From positions 1 to 45,467 of the IMG/VR virus record IMGVR_UViG_3300048606_000041: a stretch of DNA of 45,467 nt; one strand, 5' to 3'. The notes beneath the pieces are model-generated. The model did not search any database. It was not told the origin of the DNA and was given only the letters and a program-made list of their open reading frames with translations. Of the stretch, positions 7,365-17,905 are shown one piece after another; the stretch's first letter is position 1, and every line of letters begins with the position of its first letter. Origin of the DNA: a virus. Its lineage: Duplodnaviria; Caudoviricetes. The position numbers were made by a program, and so were the translations under genes.

Positions 7365-10300
7365 TCACTTGCTTTCCCTCTTCTTTTTGCGCTCCTCCTC
7401 GGAGGATAGCATGGCGGCCTTGCCGGCCCTACCGCCACGAACACCGGTGTGGCTTTCGAGCATCCGCATCGCCGGGTAGCCTAGTCGCATCATGCCAGCA
7501 TCGGCGAATCGACTCGCCGCGCCATAGGCCGTCTGGGGTAGTTGGCGACCCGTGCCCGCCGCCCCGCCGCCCATCTCGCTCCGGAGCGCCTTGAGCGGGT
7601 CGAGGTTCCGGATGCGCTCGATATTCTGACGCACCCCGGCACGGTCCGCGGCGGCCCTGACAGCCTCCACGCGGGGGAGCTCCCCGGGGCGCTGGTTGGC
7701 GTAGGAGACGAGGGCAGGGAAAGCATCCCCGCCCGGCGCGGCCAACTCGGCTGCCGCCTTGACCGCCTCGATCTGCTGGGCGTGCTCCGCCTGGTGCGCG
7801 GACCACCCACCGGGAACTCCGTTGCGCGGGCGCGCGTCACGGTCCTTCAGAGTGGCGATGTAGAGTTCCCGGGCCTCCCGGGCGCCTGCCCCCCGCGGGT
7901 CGGGCTGGAGCGTCTCCAGGGTCCGCTTGAGGGTCTCGTGCTGGGCCGAGTTGTACCGGCGAGGGGTTACGTAGACCTTCTCGACACCCTTGCGCTTGAG
8001 GGCCTGGGCCAGGCCCACGATGCCGGCACCGGCGGCAGATACGTTCGAGTCTTTGCTCTGTGATGCCGCGGTGCCAGCCAGGACGGCGGCGCCTCCAACG
8101 ATCTCCCATCGCCCGTCAACGGCATGCTTCCCCGGGATGTTCTCTACTCGCCTGATGAGCCCCTGCTTCTCCAGTTGTTCTACCTCCCACTCGGGGCTAC
8201 CGTGCTTGCCTAGCTTCTCCTGCAGTTGGTGCTTGGTCAGCGGCTCCTTAGAGCCCTTGAAGACGTCGAGCGCGGGCTGGAGTTTCGCGTCAACCTTGGT
8301 TGTCTCGCGCGCGCCGCCCCCCGCGTTGTCCAGGTAGACCAAGTGGCGAGGGGAGTCGCCGACCATCAGGGCCGAGTCGTGGTCCGCCTTGGTCAGCGAC
8401 GGCGTGTTGTCGTTCCGCATCAGGACGACCTTGCCGTCCCGTTGGAGTTGCTTCAGGGCCACGTCCTGTTCGGCCTTGGTGCCCGGGAGCGAGCCGCGGA
8501 GTTCTGCCAGGGTCACGCGCCCACCGCGCGCCTTGGCGGCAGCTGACTCGACGGCGCCCAGAACCGGGTCAGCCTTCGGAATGTGCCGGTCCGGGTTCAT
8601 GCCGGGCTCGTCGGAGAGTTTCGAGACCCGCGCGTTGTCTGCGCGCTGCGCGTCCCGGTAGGGGGCCATCGCCTCACCGTAGTCGTTGCGCGCTGCGTTG
8701 CTGGCAGGGTACAGTTTGGTAGGGGTAACGTCCCGCTGGGGCAGCCCCTGGATAACCCCGTCTGGGCGCTTCTCTTTGCCCTTAGGCGGAATGGTTCCGG
8801 CAGTGCGCACGTCGGGAGGGGCTTCCGTCTTGGGGCGCTGCAGGTCAGTGATGTTATTGGGCTTGCCGCCGCCACCGGTAGGCTCCGCGGGGGGCTTCTT
8901 GGAGGGCAGCAGCTTGCGCTTCCACTGTGGGTCGAGGAAGGCTTCCGCCTCGTCCACGGTCATCTCGATCGCGCCCTCCTTGGGCTTGGTCGATACGCTC
9001 TGAATTTCGCTGTTGAACACCCTCTGTACCTTGCGCGCCGCCGCGGGGTTGGCGATTGGCTTCAGTTTGCCCGTGTCGCCGCCCGCCGGAGCGTGGTGCT
9101 CCCTCAGAATCTTGAGCGCCGTCTGCTGCGTGTTGGTGACGGGAAGAAGCATCTGCCCCTCGTTCGTGGCGTGGTAGGCGGCGTTCTCCTCACCCACCCG
9201 CTTGGTCACTTCCTCCACAGCCCTCTTCTGGCCCTCGGCAATCTTGGGAGCGACCTCGCGCGCCATCACGTCCACCGGGTCGACGTCCAGCTTCTTGGCT
9301 CCCTCGATCGCCTTGGCTGATTCCTTGGGAGGAACCGGTCCCTTGCCGAGTTCGAAGGTGCCGCCCGTCTGCTCGAAGCGCCCCGGGGCCCCCTTGTACC
9401 GCGAGCCGTTGCGGAACCAGTCCGAGCCTTTCGCGGCGAGCGAGCCCAAGGCTTCCCCCCCAACGCCTAGACCGACGTTGAGGGGATTCAGTCCCGCGTC
9501 CCGGACGCGCTCTCCAGCCTCCTCCAGGCTCGTACCGGGGCCTCCGGTCTGGGCCATGCTCGCCGCCGCGTCTACGGCTTCCTGCCCGCCCTGGACGGCT
9601 GCGCCACCTGCCACAGCTGCCGCGCCGCTGGTAGCCAAGCGCGCGCCTATGCCCGTGCCCACCCCCACCTTGCCCGCCAGAGACTTGCCTCCGCTCGCCA
9701 CCACGTCGTAGAGGGCATTGCTGGCGCTCCAGGGCTTGAGCGCACCAAGCCCCACGAGACTGGTGGCGCTGGGGACGATGCCCGTGACCTGGCCGGCGGC
9801 AGTGGCGTAGGGATGAGCGTCCCTGACCGCGTCGTTCGACTCTGCCAGGCTCTTGGCTCCCTCGGTAGGCCCCCCCACAATCTCGTCACGAGGCTTGCCA
9901 AGTGGAGGGGCGTTGCGGTCGACGGGAAGCCCCAGCGCCTCCATGTCCTGCAAGTATTTCTCCCTCTCCTCGGGAGACTCAACATCCGAAGTGCCCATCA
10001 CCTCGCTCGCCTTGCGGATGCCCCCGAAGGTGGCCGTGTCATCCACGCCCATGACGAAGGCGGACACTGTGTCGAAGGCCGGCGCGACGCTGCCCTTCAG
10101 CTTCATGCCGAGCGTGTCGATAGCGCTCATCGCCCCGCCGCTCTGGAGCCAGGGGGACTTCGAGTAGCGATAAGCGGTCTTCCCAGAAGACGCCGCCGCC
10201 TCTGCCGTGTCGCGCCATTTCTTGTCGGCGTAGGCCTGGTAGGTGATGGACTTCTCATCCAGCTTGGCGATGTCCTCCGGAGTGGGCTGGAAGTCGGGGT

Positions 10301-10595
10301 CGGGGAACAGGGCCTTGTGGACCTCGGGGTTCTCCATCATCTCGCGTCTGGCGAGTGCAATCGGAGGCTCGTAGACGAATACGGTACCCTTGGCGCTGCC
10401 CTCGGGGTTGCGCATCCACTCCTTCTGAGCCGCCTCATCCCCATCGGGATTGGTAGACGCCGGCTGCGCCGCCAAAGCCTGAGGCAGCAGGGGCATGCTC
10501 GGGTCGAGCTGGTCGACAATACCCTGATGTCCCGAGGCCTCCTCCGCCGATTCCAACTCCTTCAGCTCCGCTTCCTCTTCAGGCGTCAGGGCCAT
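7365..10595 (-). CDS. Large internal virion / DNA ejection protein with inserted winged-helix-like domains
   Basis: 1076 aa, Ala/Gly-rich; last of four coupled genes after the tail hub, as in podovirus ejectosome operons. Confidence 0.65.
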   Translation of the reverse strand: MALTPEEEAELKELESAEEASGHQGIVDQLDPSMPLLPQALAAQPASTNPDGDEAAQKEWMRNPEGSAKGTVFVYEPPIALARREMMENPEVHKALFPDPDFQPTPEDIAKLDEKSITYQAYADKKWRDTAEAAASSGKTAYRYSKSPWLQSGGAMSAIDTLGMKLKGSVAPAFDTVSAFVMGVDDTATFGGIRKASEVMGTSDVESPEEREKYLQDMEALGLPVDRNAPPLGKPRDEIVGGPTEGAKSLAESNDAVRDAHPYATAAGQVTGIVPSATSLVGLGALKPWSASNALYDVVASGGKSLAGKVGVGTGIGARLATSGAAAVAGGAAVQGGQEAVDAAASMAQTGGPGTSLEEAGERVRDAGLNPLNVGLGVGGEALGSLAAKGSDWFRNGSRYKGAPGRFEQTGGTFELGKGPVPPKESAKAIEGAKKLDVDPVDVMAREVAPKIAEGQKRAVEEVTKRVGEENAAYHATNEGQMLLPVTNTQQTALKILREHHAPAGGDTGKLKPIANPAAARKVQRVFNSEIQSVSTKPKEGAIEMTVDEAEAFLDPQWKRKLLPSKKPPAEPTGGGGKPNNITDLQRPKTEAPPDVRTAGTIPPKGKEKRPDGVIQGLPQRDVTPTKLYPASNAARNDYGEAMAPYRDAQRADNARVSKLSDEPGMNPDRHIPKADPVLGAVESAAAKARGGRVTLAELRGSLPGTKAEQDVALKQLQRDGKVVLMRNDNTPSLTKADHDSALMVGDSPRHLVYLDNAGGGARETTKVDAKLQPALDVFKGSKEPLTKHQLQEKLGKHGSPEWEVEQLEKQGLIRRVENIPGKHAVDGRWEIVGGAAVLAGTAASQSKDSNVSAAGAGIVGLAQALKRKGVEKVYVTPRRYNSAQHETLKRTLETLQPDPRGAGAREARELYIATLKDRDARPRNGVPGGWSAHQAEHAQQIEAVKAAAELAAPGGDAFPALVSYANQRPGELPRVEAVRAAADRAGVRQNIERIRNLDPLKALRSEMGGGAAGTGRQLPQTAYGAASRFADAGMMRLGYPAMRMLESHTGVRGGRAGKAAMLSSEEERKKKRESK

Positions 10596-12613
10596 TACTG
10601 CTGCTCCTTCTTCCTGCGAAGTTCTGCAATGCGCGCGGCGCGGGAGGCGGGGTCGTTGGCGAATACTGGGTCAGCCGCCGGCATGGGCTTGTCGTACTGG
10701 CTCGGGAGTTCCGTGCCGCTCTCCTTCTTGGCTACGAACCTCACCACGTCGTAGGGGTCCACTTCCGACAGCAGGTCGCCGTCCTCTGCCCGGAGTTCCG
10801 CCGTCGCCTGCTTGATGTACGTTTCGGTATCATTCGAGCCCGGAGGCGCGTACTTCGAGACGAACTGTCGGATGGTGAGGCCCTTGTCGGCGTCCTTCTC
10901 CACCTGCTCGCGCAGCGCTGTTAGCCCAGCGTCGGGACTCGCGAACTTGGCCCAATGCCCACCGTCCTCCGCGGCTTCGCCCTCCTCCGCGCCGGACTGC
11001 CCCGCGAACTTGAGGTTGCCGGGGTTGTTGTGGGTGCTCGCGATTCGGCTGCTCTCGGGGATGGTCACCCGCGGGCCGTCGCCGTCGAACTCGCCACGGT
11101 CCGCGCGCTCCGCAAGCGCCGGGGAGCCGCCGGACACGTGCCGTGCGGGCACTGCCGCCGTACGCCCGGAAGCAGAAGCGCCAGCCTTCTTCCGCTTGGC
11201 CTCGTTGTACTCGTCGCGAACGTCCTTCGGGATGACCGTGTCCCGGTAGCGCGCCCAGCCGCGCCCTACGTTGGGGTCCATGCCATCGCCGGAGGTCTCT
11301 GTGTCGATGCTCTCCAGGAATCCATGCAGCTTCTTTCGGTCGATCTCCTGACTGTTCTTGACGACTCCGAGGATGGCCTGACGCTGCTCGAAGTTCAGGC
11401 CGCCGTCGACCATCTTGTCGATGTGGGCCATGACCTGATCCAAGGTCGACATGGAGTCCATGCCCAGGGCCCGCTTGATATCGCCCTCCGTCTTGGCCCC
11501 CTTCTCGGCGAGCATCGAGGACATGAGAGACCCAATCATGCGGTCGTTGTTGGGGTCATTGTCCGTCAACACGTCTTGAATCTGCTGGGCCGCCTTGCGC
11601 GCTTCGAGAGACGTCTTGATGCCCAGTTGGTCGCCTGCGGTGCGGGCCTGCGTGAAGCCGGTGTTGACCAGTCGCTGCTGTTCCATCGGAGTCAGACCGG
11701 TGCGGCGCTCCGCGAACTGCGCCGCCTGGGCCTCTGCCGCCACCTTGCCGCGAGCCGCCGCGTCCGGGCCGCCACGCAACTGGTCGAACATCTTGACCGA
11801 TTCTTTGGTGCCCAGACCCATGGCCTCCGCCGCTGCCGCCGTCTTGGCAGCGCTCTCCCGGTCCTCCTCGGGGTAGGCCTCCACCAGGCTACCGAGCGCC
11901 GGCTTGAGCCGCTTGAGTGTGTTCTGGTGCTGAGCGCTCAGGTCGATCACGTTCTTCGGTACGGCGCCCATCGTGTCGGGAGCGTCAGGGCCACGCGCGG
12001 GAGCGCCCGTTTCCCGGGCCTGCTGGGAAGCCGCCAGGGCCTGGGTGAAAGCGTCCTGAGTGCTGCCGATGCCCGGGGGAGCCCCGAGCGGTCCGGATTC
12101 GTTGGTAGGGTAGCCGATGCCCGCCGCGCCCATCTCGTCGCCCGCCGCTGCTGCCTGCTGCCGCTTGGAGTATTCCTCCTCCGCGTGCGCACCCTTGTTC
12201 ATGTCGATCGCGTACCGGGGCAGGCCCAACTCGTCCTCTCCCTGCAGGTCCACGCCCATGCCGAGCGAGTCCATCATGGGGACCAGCGCGCGAGCCCCCT
12301 CGATATCCCCCGAGCCGTTTAACTCGCTGAATTTCTGGTATGCCTCCAGCTTCTGCTTCTGGATGGCCGCCTGCTTCTGGGCGTCGAGTTCGGCAATCTG
12401 GCGCTGCCCCTGCATCGTCTCGCGCGCCATGCGCCCGCCCTCTTCGAGCTTAGCCAACTCCAACTGCCTAGCCTGCTGAGCCTTGGTGTTCTCGAACTCC
12501 TCGCGCATCAACTGCATGCGCTGCAACTCTAGCGACGAAGGCTCGTCGGACTCGGGCGATGGCCTGAGCGCCGCCAGCGGGCTGAGTTGCAGGACAGAGG
12601 AATGGACGGGCAT
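10595..12613 (-). CDS. Ejection protein with C-terminal lysozyme-like (NNPGN) peptidoglycan hydrolase domain
   Basis: HNNPGNLK...WAKFASPDAGLTAL...TIRQFVSKYAPPGSNDTETY motif; helical N-terminal part. Confidence 0.7.
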   Translation of the reverse strand: MPVHSSVLQLSPLAALRPSPESDEPSSLELQRMQLMREEFENTKAQQARQLELAKLEEGGRMARETMQGQRQIAELDAQKQAAIQKQKLEAYQKFSELNGSGDIEGARALVPMMDSLGMGVDLQGEDELGLPRYAIDMNKGAHAEEEYSKRQQAAAAGDEMGAAGIGYPTNESGPLGAPPGIGSTQDAFTQALAASQQARETGAPARGPDAPDTMGAVPKNVIDLSAQHQNTLKRLKPALGSLVEAYPEEDRESAAKTAAAAEAMGLGTKESVKMFDQLRGGPDAAARGKVAAEAQAAQFAERRTGLTPMEQQRLVNTGFTQARTAGDQLGIKTSLEARKAAQQIQDVLTDNDPNNDRMIGSLMSSMLAEKGAKTEGDIKRALGMDSMSTLDQVMAHIDKMVDGGLNFEQRQAILGVVKNSQEIDRKKLHGFLESIDTETSGDGMDPNVGRGWARYRDTVIPKDVRDEYNEAKRKKAGASASGRTAAVPARHVSGGSPALAERADRGEFDGDGPRVTIPESSRIASTHNNPGNLKFAGQSGAEEGEAAEDGGHWAKFASPDAGLTALREQVEKDADKGLTIRQFVSKYAPPGSNDTETYIKQATAELRAEDGDLLSEVDPYDVVRFVAKKESGTELPSQYDKPMPAADPVFANDPASRAARIAELRRKKEQQ

Positions 12614-14634
12614 TAGCGGGCCCCTCGCGCTGTCTTCTGCGCAGCGTCAAAGGCTGCCTTGAGGTCCTGACGCAGCGCCTCCTTGCGCTTGTCGTCGTAC
12701 CCAGCCTCCTGCAAAGCGGCGTCTCCCGTGGTCGCCATGTAGTCCTCGAACGACTGGTACTCGCCGGAGCTGGCCGCTGCCTGAGCGTCAGACAGGGTCC
12801 GCTGGACCTGGTCCGTCTGCCTCATGGTCGCGTCGACCGTGGACTGGTTACGGTTCTGCCGCTGCTGCTCCGCGCCCTGGGCCTGATTATTGAAGGCGTT
12901 CAGGCGATTCAGATCGTTCTGAGATGCCTGGTTTTCGATGTCCGCTCCGAGCCGTGTCCGGTCGTTCTGGAGCCCCGCCGCCTGATTGGCCGCGTTCGTC
13001 TGTGCCGTGAAGTCCGCCCGGTTGCTGTCGTCGGTCCGGAATGCCGTGTCCGCCCCGGTCTGGAACCGGTTCAGTTGGGTCTGGTCCGCGTTGTTCATGG
13101 CATTGGTGCGTGCTTGGAACCGGTTGGTCTCAGCCGTGTCCGCTTGGCCCGCGATGTTGCCGAGCGCATTGAGACCCGAGACATTCGAGTTCTGGGCGCC
13201 CAGGGCCTGAGTGTCAGACTGGTTCGCCATGTTGCCCATAACCTGGTTCCGGTCGAGTTCCAGCTGGCCCTGCTGGTTGTTGATGTTCGCGAAGGTCTGC
13301 GCGCCCTGAAGGTTCTGGTTGAATGCGTCCGTTGCTGAGACGTCTGCGCTCCGGGCCTGATTGCCTAGCATCGTCTGCTGGCCAAGTGTCTGCTGTCCCG
13401 CCTGGTTGGCGAGGTTGCCGAAGGTGTTCAGGCCCTGTAGGTTGGCCCCGAAGGCAGCAATGGAGGACTGGTCTCCTGCTTGCGCCTGCTGGCCGAGAAG
13501 CGCCTGTCGGTTGCGTTGCTCGACCGATCGCTGCATCTCCGCGTCAAAGGATCGGTTGGCCCGCTGCGCCTCGATATCCGTGATGACGTTCCCGACGCCA
13601 CTGAGGGCCTCGGAGGAGCCATAGACTCCTCTGCCCGCCGCCTGCTTGTTGTAGTTCTGCACGCCGAGCTGCGATGCCCGATCGTAGAACGGGTCAAAGT
13701 TTGCGATGGGCAAGTCCCCGAAGGCTCCCTGAGTCTGCTGGTACTGCTGGGAGGATAGGTTGGGGTCGCTGTACTTGCCTGTCGTGCCAGCCTGCCCCTG
13801 GACCTGGTCGTAGAACTGCTGAGCCGCCAGGGGCCCGCTCGACGCGTTCTGGTTGAACTGACCCTGAGCGTTGTTCTGTCCGTTGTACGTGCCCTTCTGG
13901 TCGTACTGTCCAGCGATCTGGCCCAGGCCCTGCTCGCCCTGGGTGCCATTCGCGAGCGACTGGGAACTCTGGTTGAACTGGCCCTGAGTGTTGCCTGCCC
14001 CCTGGAAGTTGGTGAACTGGTCCTGCTTGGCCTGGGCCTGGGTGTTAAACGCGCCAGCAGCGCCTGTTGGCGCCATGGCCTGGGTAGCTTCGCGCGCGAA
14101 CTGCTCGCCCGCGAACGGGCTGTTGAGCGCCCCCTGTTGCTGGTTCCAGTACTGCTCACCCTGGCCCGGTCCGTTCAAGGTGGTCAGGTTTTGGTTCAGG
14201 AAGTTCTCACCCTGTGACGCCGTCCCCGTGCTCTTGGCCGAGTTCTGCAGGAAGGCTGACGCTGGGTCCTCTAGCAGGCGGTTCTGGGTGGCTTGAATGG
14301 CCTGCTCGCCGAGTCCCTGGTTGACGAAGTTGTTCCCTGGGTCCTGGAGTGGGGCCCCTGGTTGCAGACTTGGATTGGTGGCGCGTGGCCCCGCCGCGCC
14401 AGAGGCCCCAATATTCAGAGGCGTCGGCAAGGCGCCTGCGGACGGGAACGCCTGCCTGCCCGCATCGGTTGGGGGCGCGGCAGAAGCCGAGATGGATCGC
14501 TGCGCGGCGGCTGGGTCTAGTACCCCCGGTTGTGGCGCGAACGAAGGGCGGATCGCGGCCGTGGGCTGAGAGGCGATACTGAGCTTGGATGTTCCCGCGT
14601 TAAATGGCGAAGCGAAGGGGGCGCGGGTCACCAT
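12613..14634 (-). CDS. Gln/Asn/Ala-rich DNA transfer (pilot/ejection) protein
   Basis: Composition and QAAGRGVYGSS motif resemble podovirus DNA-transfer proteins; TAATG coupling. Confidence 0.6.
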   Translation of the reverse strand: MVTRAPFASPFNAGTSKLSIASQPTAAIRPSFAPQPGVLDPAAAQRSISASAAPPTDAGRQAFPSAGALPTPLNIGASGAAGPRATNPSLQPGAPLQDPGNNFVNQGLGEQAIQATQNRLLEDPASAFLQNSAKSTGTASQGENFLNQNLTTLNGPGQGEQYWNQQQGALNSPFAGEQFAREATQAMAPTGAAGAFNTQAQAKQDQFTNFQGAGNTQGQFNQSSQSLANGTQGEQGLGQIAGQYDQKGTYNGQNNAQGQFNQNASSGPLAAQQFYDQVQGQAGTTGKYSDPNLSSQQYQQTQGAFGDLPIANFDPFYDRASQLGVQNYNKQAAGRGVYGSSEALSGVGNVITDIEAQRANRSFDAEMQRSVEQRNRQALLGQQAQAGDQSSIAAFGANLQGLNTFGNLANQAGQQTLGQQTMLGNQARSADVSATDAFNQNLQGAQTFANINNQQGQLELDRNQVMGNMANQSDTQALGAQNSNVSGLNALGNIAGQADTAETNRFQARTNAMNNADQTQLNRFQTGADTAFRTDDSNRADFTAQTNAANQAAGLQNDRTRLGADIENQASQNDLNRLNAFNNQAQGAEQQRQNRNQSTVDATMRQTDQVQRTLSDAQAAASSGEYQSFEDYMATTGDAALQEAGYDDKRKEALRQDLKAAFDAAQKTARGAR

Positions 14635-15776
14635 TAGAATTTCCTCGCTGCTTGGGGCGCTCGCTGCTGCAGAGGTGCCGGACCGCTACCGACCGGAGAA
14701 ATGCCGCTCATGATCATCTGTCGGCGCTTCTCTTCCTCTTGCTGGAACTGGGCCTGTTGCGCCTTCCATTGAGCAATCTGTGCCTCTTTGGCCGGGTCAC
14801 CCTGCCCGCCATTAGCCGCCAACTGAGGGTCGAGCGGAGGAGGCTTCATGGGGTTCTCAGCCATGGCCGCGAACTGCTCGGGAGCGAACGCGGCCTCTGG
14901 CCCGTACATCTTGGCCATCATCTGGTTCTGAGGGTTGAAGGCGAGCAGGCGCTGGCCGAGCGCGTTCATCCCAGCCGTCTGCATCTGCTGCTGACGCTGC
15001 TTGGCCTCTGCCGCCATCTGCTCTTGCTTGGCCAGTAGCGCCTTCTCGGCCGCGGTCTTGCGCTGATCGAGTGCCGCTATCGCCAGGGTCCCAGCCAGGC
15101 CCGCTGCGTCAATGACGTTGCCCGCCGTGATGCCGCCCGCTGCCGCAGGAGCCGCTGCCGCCGCCCCGCCAGCCACAGCGGGGGCCGCTGCCGCCGCACC
15201 CCCTGCCGCGGCTGGGACGGCTGCCCCCGTGGCGACTCCGCCGGCCGTTGCGGCATTGCTGGCAGCTGCCGCCGACGCTGCCTCTGCCCCAGCTGCCCCA
15301 GCTGCCCCAGCTGTGCCGCCCGCCGCAGCCGCTTCACCTAACCCCAATGCAGCGGCGCCGCCTACCGCTGCGCCGCCCCCTACCACGGCGTAGGGCGCCG
15401 ACAGGACACCCAGGGTCCAGGGGTCGCTGATGATGTTCCGCATCACGCTGGGCCGCGCCTTGGGGTGACGCTTGGCATAGTCCGGGGTGACGTAGCCCGT
15501 TGCTTGGTTTATTCCGTCAGGGGAGCCGAAGGCTAACCCCTCGGGCGTGGCTCGGTTGGCTAACCCCGGAGCATTCACATTGGCTGTGGCCTGACCCTGG
15601 GTGCGGAGAGCGTCCTGGCGCCGCCACATCTCGTTGTTCGATAGGCTGCCCGGATTGGCCGGGTTGGGCTGGTCGTTAGGGTCGGAAGACGGTCCTGTCG
15701 ACGGCGCGCTCTGGAACGGGTTCGCGAACTCGCTGCTACCGCCGTCCAGAAAAGCTGCTGTGTTTGCGTCTGCCAT
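14634..15776 (-). CDS. Ala/Gly-rich DNA transfer protein (P22 gp7-like position)
   Basis: Long hydrophobic AG-rich segment followed by Q/M-rich helix; directly after the tail hub gene. Confidence 0.55.
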   Translation of the reverse strand: MADANTAAFLDGGSSEFANPFQSAPSTGPSSDPNDQPNPANPGSLSNNEMWRRQDALRTQGQATANVNAPGLANRATPEGLAFGSPDGINQATGYVTPDYAKRHPKARPSVMRNIISDPWTLGVLSAPYAVVGGGAAVGGAAALGLGEAAAAGGTAGAAGAAGAEAASAAAASNAATAGGVATGAAVPAAAGGAAAAAPAVAGGAAAAAPAAAGGITAGNVIDAAGLAGTLAIAALDQRKTAAEKALLAKQEQMAAEAKQRQQQMQTAGMNALGQRLLAFNPQNQMMAKMYGPEAAFAPEQFAAMAENPMKPPPLDPQLAANGGQGDPAKEAQIAQWKAQQAQFQQEEEKRRQMIMSGISPVGSGPAPLQQRAPQAARKF

Positions 15777-15799
15777 GGCGAATGCATCCTATCACGTGG

Positions 15800-17410
15800 T
15801 CAAGAATCGAGGGCCAGGAAGGTCTCGGAGGCGCGGACCAAAAACAACCCGGCCGAATTGGCCCAGCGAAACCGCCACTGCCGGCGCCGGTAGATGCCGA
15901 GCGAACGCAGTGTGACCATGGGAGTTAGGTCCCCGTCCTCCACGCCCAGGTCGATCTCGATACTCGTCCACTCGTCGCTCAACTCGTCACGGTACTCCAG
16001 ATAGCAGGAAACCCCGTGGGACAACTCCGGTGTGCGCTTGAAGGTCAGGTGAACCGCCACCGACTGCTTGAGGTTGTCGGTGTCCCGGTCGATAAAGCCC
16101 GTGGAGACGAACGCCACGATGGGCTCACCGAGGTCGGTCAGGTTGTCGAGGGAGAGCGTCCGGATGGTGCCGTCTTCGAGCCCCACGACGTTCAGGCCTC
16201 CGTCTGAGCGCATGTGGTGGCAGAGGACCGGGAACATCGTGAAAGCCCCCGTAGCCTCGTCGTAGGTGGCCCAGCGGGACCAGCCTATGCCGGGCTGGAG
16301 AACCAGGGTCTCCTGATCGGTCTCGAAGCGCAGCACCAGGCAGTCGGCGAAGGACTCGTCGAATCTGTAGGTGTAGCACTCCTCCGGGTTGCTCAACTCG
16401 TTCAGGGTTGCTTGGACCGCGCCGCCCACGTCGTCCCATTGGCGACCGTCGGAGGTTACGAATCGTGTCTGGTGGTCTAGGAAAGCGTACTTGTCATCAT
16501 ACTTGGCGACGCTGTAGGGCGCTATGCAACCTGCCTCCCGGGTGATGGAGGGGGCGAAGACGACCGAACTGTCCGGCGCGAACAGTTGGAGCGAGGTGGT
16601 GCCGAACAGAAACAGGTCGTTGGTGTTCTCCGCGCACGCGACGATATAGTCCGAACGCGCCTCGGCCGTGAAGAAGCCGGCCGCGCCGGGGGATGGGTCC
16701 CATGTTTCGTGTCCCGAGAAATCGACGATACCCTGGCTGATGTCCGAGTAGCGAATCTTGGTCTGGTCGAGCTGGGTGTCGTTGGCCAGGATTCTGGACG
16801 AGTTGGTGAAGACGTGGCTCGCGAGCGGTGGGCAGCCCCCTAGGAACGACATCTCGTGACGGTCGGGGTTGGGGTTGGTGAAGTTGGGGGCGCTGAACGT
16901 CTCGGGGCGGATGTCGATCTTGCCCATCTCGGCCCCGCCGGCCAGAATGAGCAATGACTCAGTCTCTGCGAAGGTGGGTCGCGGAAAGCGCGTTGTGGCG
17001 ATGGCTCCGGGAGTCGATAGACGGTCCTCATTGGCCGTCCCCGTCCCCACCAGAGTGGCCACCCCTCCCACAATACGATAGACATTTCGACCCGCATTGT
17101 GCCCTCCCCCCGAAGCGTTCACCGTTGCCCCCACCGCGTAAAGCACGCCGGGGTGTATTCCGCTCACGGTAGCCGTGCCGGTGGTGTGCGCTACTCGGTC
17201 TTGGGTGAGGTAGAGGCCCAGCACCCCGGCGGCATCAATGGAAGTCGCAGGCGCAACACCCGTGTAAGCGGCGAGTCCTGGTCGCTTGCGGAGGACTCCA
17301 CGCGCATCGGAGATGACGTTGTAGGCTTCGGGGCTGGCTCCGCTGATTTCTTCAGACGAAGTTTCGAGAGTTGGCCCGAATGGGATCGCGGCTGTTTGGG
17401 GAGTGGACAA
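15800..17410 (-). CDS. Tail hub / packaged-DNA stabilisation protein (P22 gp10-like)
   Basis: LRKRPGL N-terminal motif, FFTAEARSD, LFLFGTTS, GCIAPYSV, LRSLGIYRRRQWRFR C-terminus. Confidence 0.75.
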   Translation of the reverse strand: MSTPQTAAIPFGPTLETSSEEISGASPEAYNVISDARGVLRKRPGLAAYTGVAPATSIDAAGVLGLYLTQDRVAHTTGTATVSGIHPGVLYAVGATVNASGGGHNAGRNVYRIVGGVATLVGTGTANEDRLSTPGAIATTRFPRPTFAETESLLILAGGAEMGKIDIRPETFSAPNFTNPNPDRHEMSFLGGCPPLASHVFTNSSRILANDTQLDQTKIRYSDISQGIVDFSGHETWDPSPGAAGFFTAEARSDYIVACAENTNDLFLFGTTSLQLFAPDSSVVFAPSITREAGCIAPYSVAKYDDKYAFLDHQTRFVTSDGRQWDDVGGAVQATLNELSNPEECYTYRFDESFADCLVLRFETDQETLVLQPGIGWSRWATYDEATGAFTMFPVLCHHMRSDGGLNVVGLEDGTIRTLSLDNLTDLGEPIVAFVSTGFIDRDTDNLKQSVAVHLTFKRTPELSHGVSCYLEYRDELSDEWTSIEIDLGVEDGDLTPMVTLRSLGIYRRRQWRFRWANSAGLFLVRASETFLALDS

Positions 17411-17470
17411 GCGTCTAGTCCCCTGTTCGCCAGACAGCTTCCACAGCGGTCGTTAGTGAACCGCGCCATG

Positions 17471-17905
17471 TCACGACGCCCTCACGAACGTGTACATCTC
17501 GTGCGCGCGCCGCGCGAGCAGGCCGTTGTTGACGTTGCCGCCGACCTTGTTCCAGACCACGAACTGACAGGCCGCTTCCTTGTAGTTGCCGGCGTTCAGC
17601 CGCTTGACGAGCGTCGACGTCTTGAACGCATGCTCGCCGATGTTGAAGGCTAGGCTCACCAAGGCGTCGAATTGCCCCTGTGTTAAAGGTACGGTCACGC
17701 TGGTAGCGACGGCCAACTCGAACCGAGTCAGGTCCGCTGCTAGCGCCTCGTGGACCTTATCCGGCGTCCACAGCGAGTCCGGATGCACGTCGGGGCCCGT
17801 GTGCCCAACGCCGATGGTCCAGATGCCGCCCACGTCACGGTAGGCCTTGAGCACGGAGCCCTCAAAGTCGACGATGGCTTCCAGGCCGTCTTCGGAGAGT
17901 TTCAT
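17471..17905 (-). CDS. Lysozyme / endolysin, GH24
   Basis: FEG...AYRDVGGIWTIGVGHT (E-x8-D-x5-T), QFDALVSLAFNIG, GLLARRAHE; ATG 17905 overlaps the upstream TGA. Confidence 0.95.
   Translation of the reverse strand: MKLSEDGLEAIVDFEGSVLKAYRDVGGIWTIGVGHTGPDVHPDSLWTPDKVHEALAADLTRFELAVATSVTVPLTQGQFDALVSLAFNIGEHAFKTSTLVKRLNAGNYKEAACQFVVWNKVGGNVNNGLLARRAHEMYTFVRAS

Noticed and set aside
9813-12322. Long plus-strand ORFs 9813-10754 and 10955-12322
   Set aside because: In-register antisense shadows of GC3-rich genes, with no recognisable motifs.
15120-15390. GCC/GCT-rich repeats
   Set aside because: Explained by the Ala/Gly-rich segment of the DNA transfer protein.
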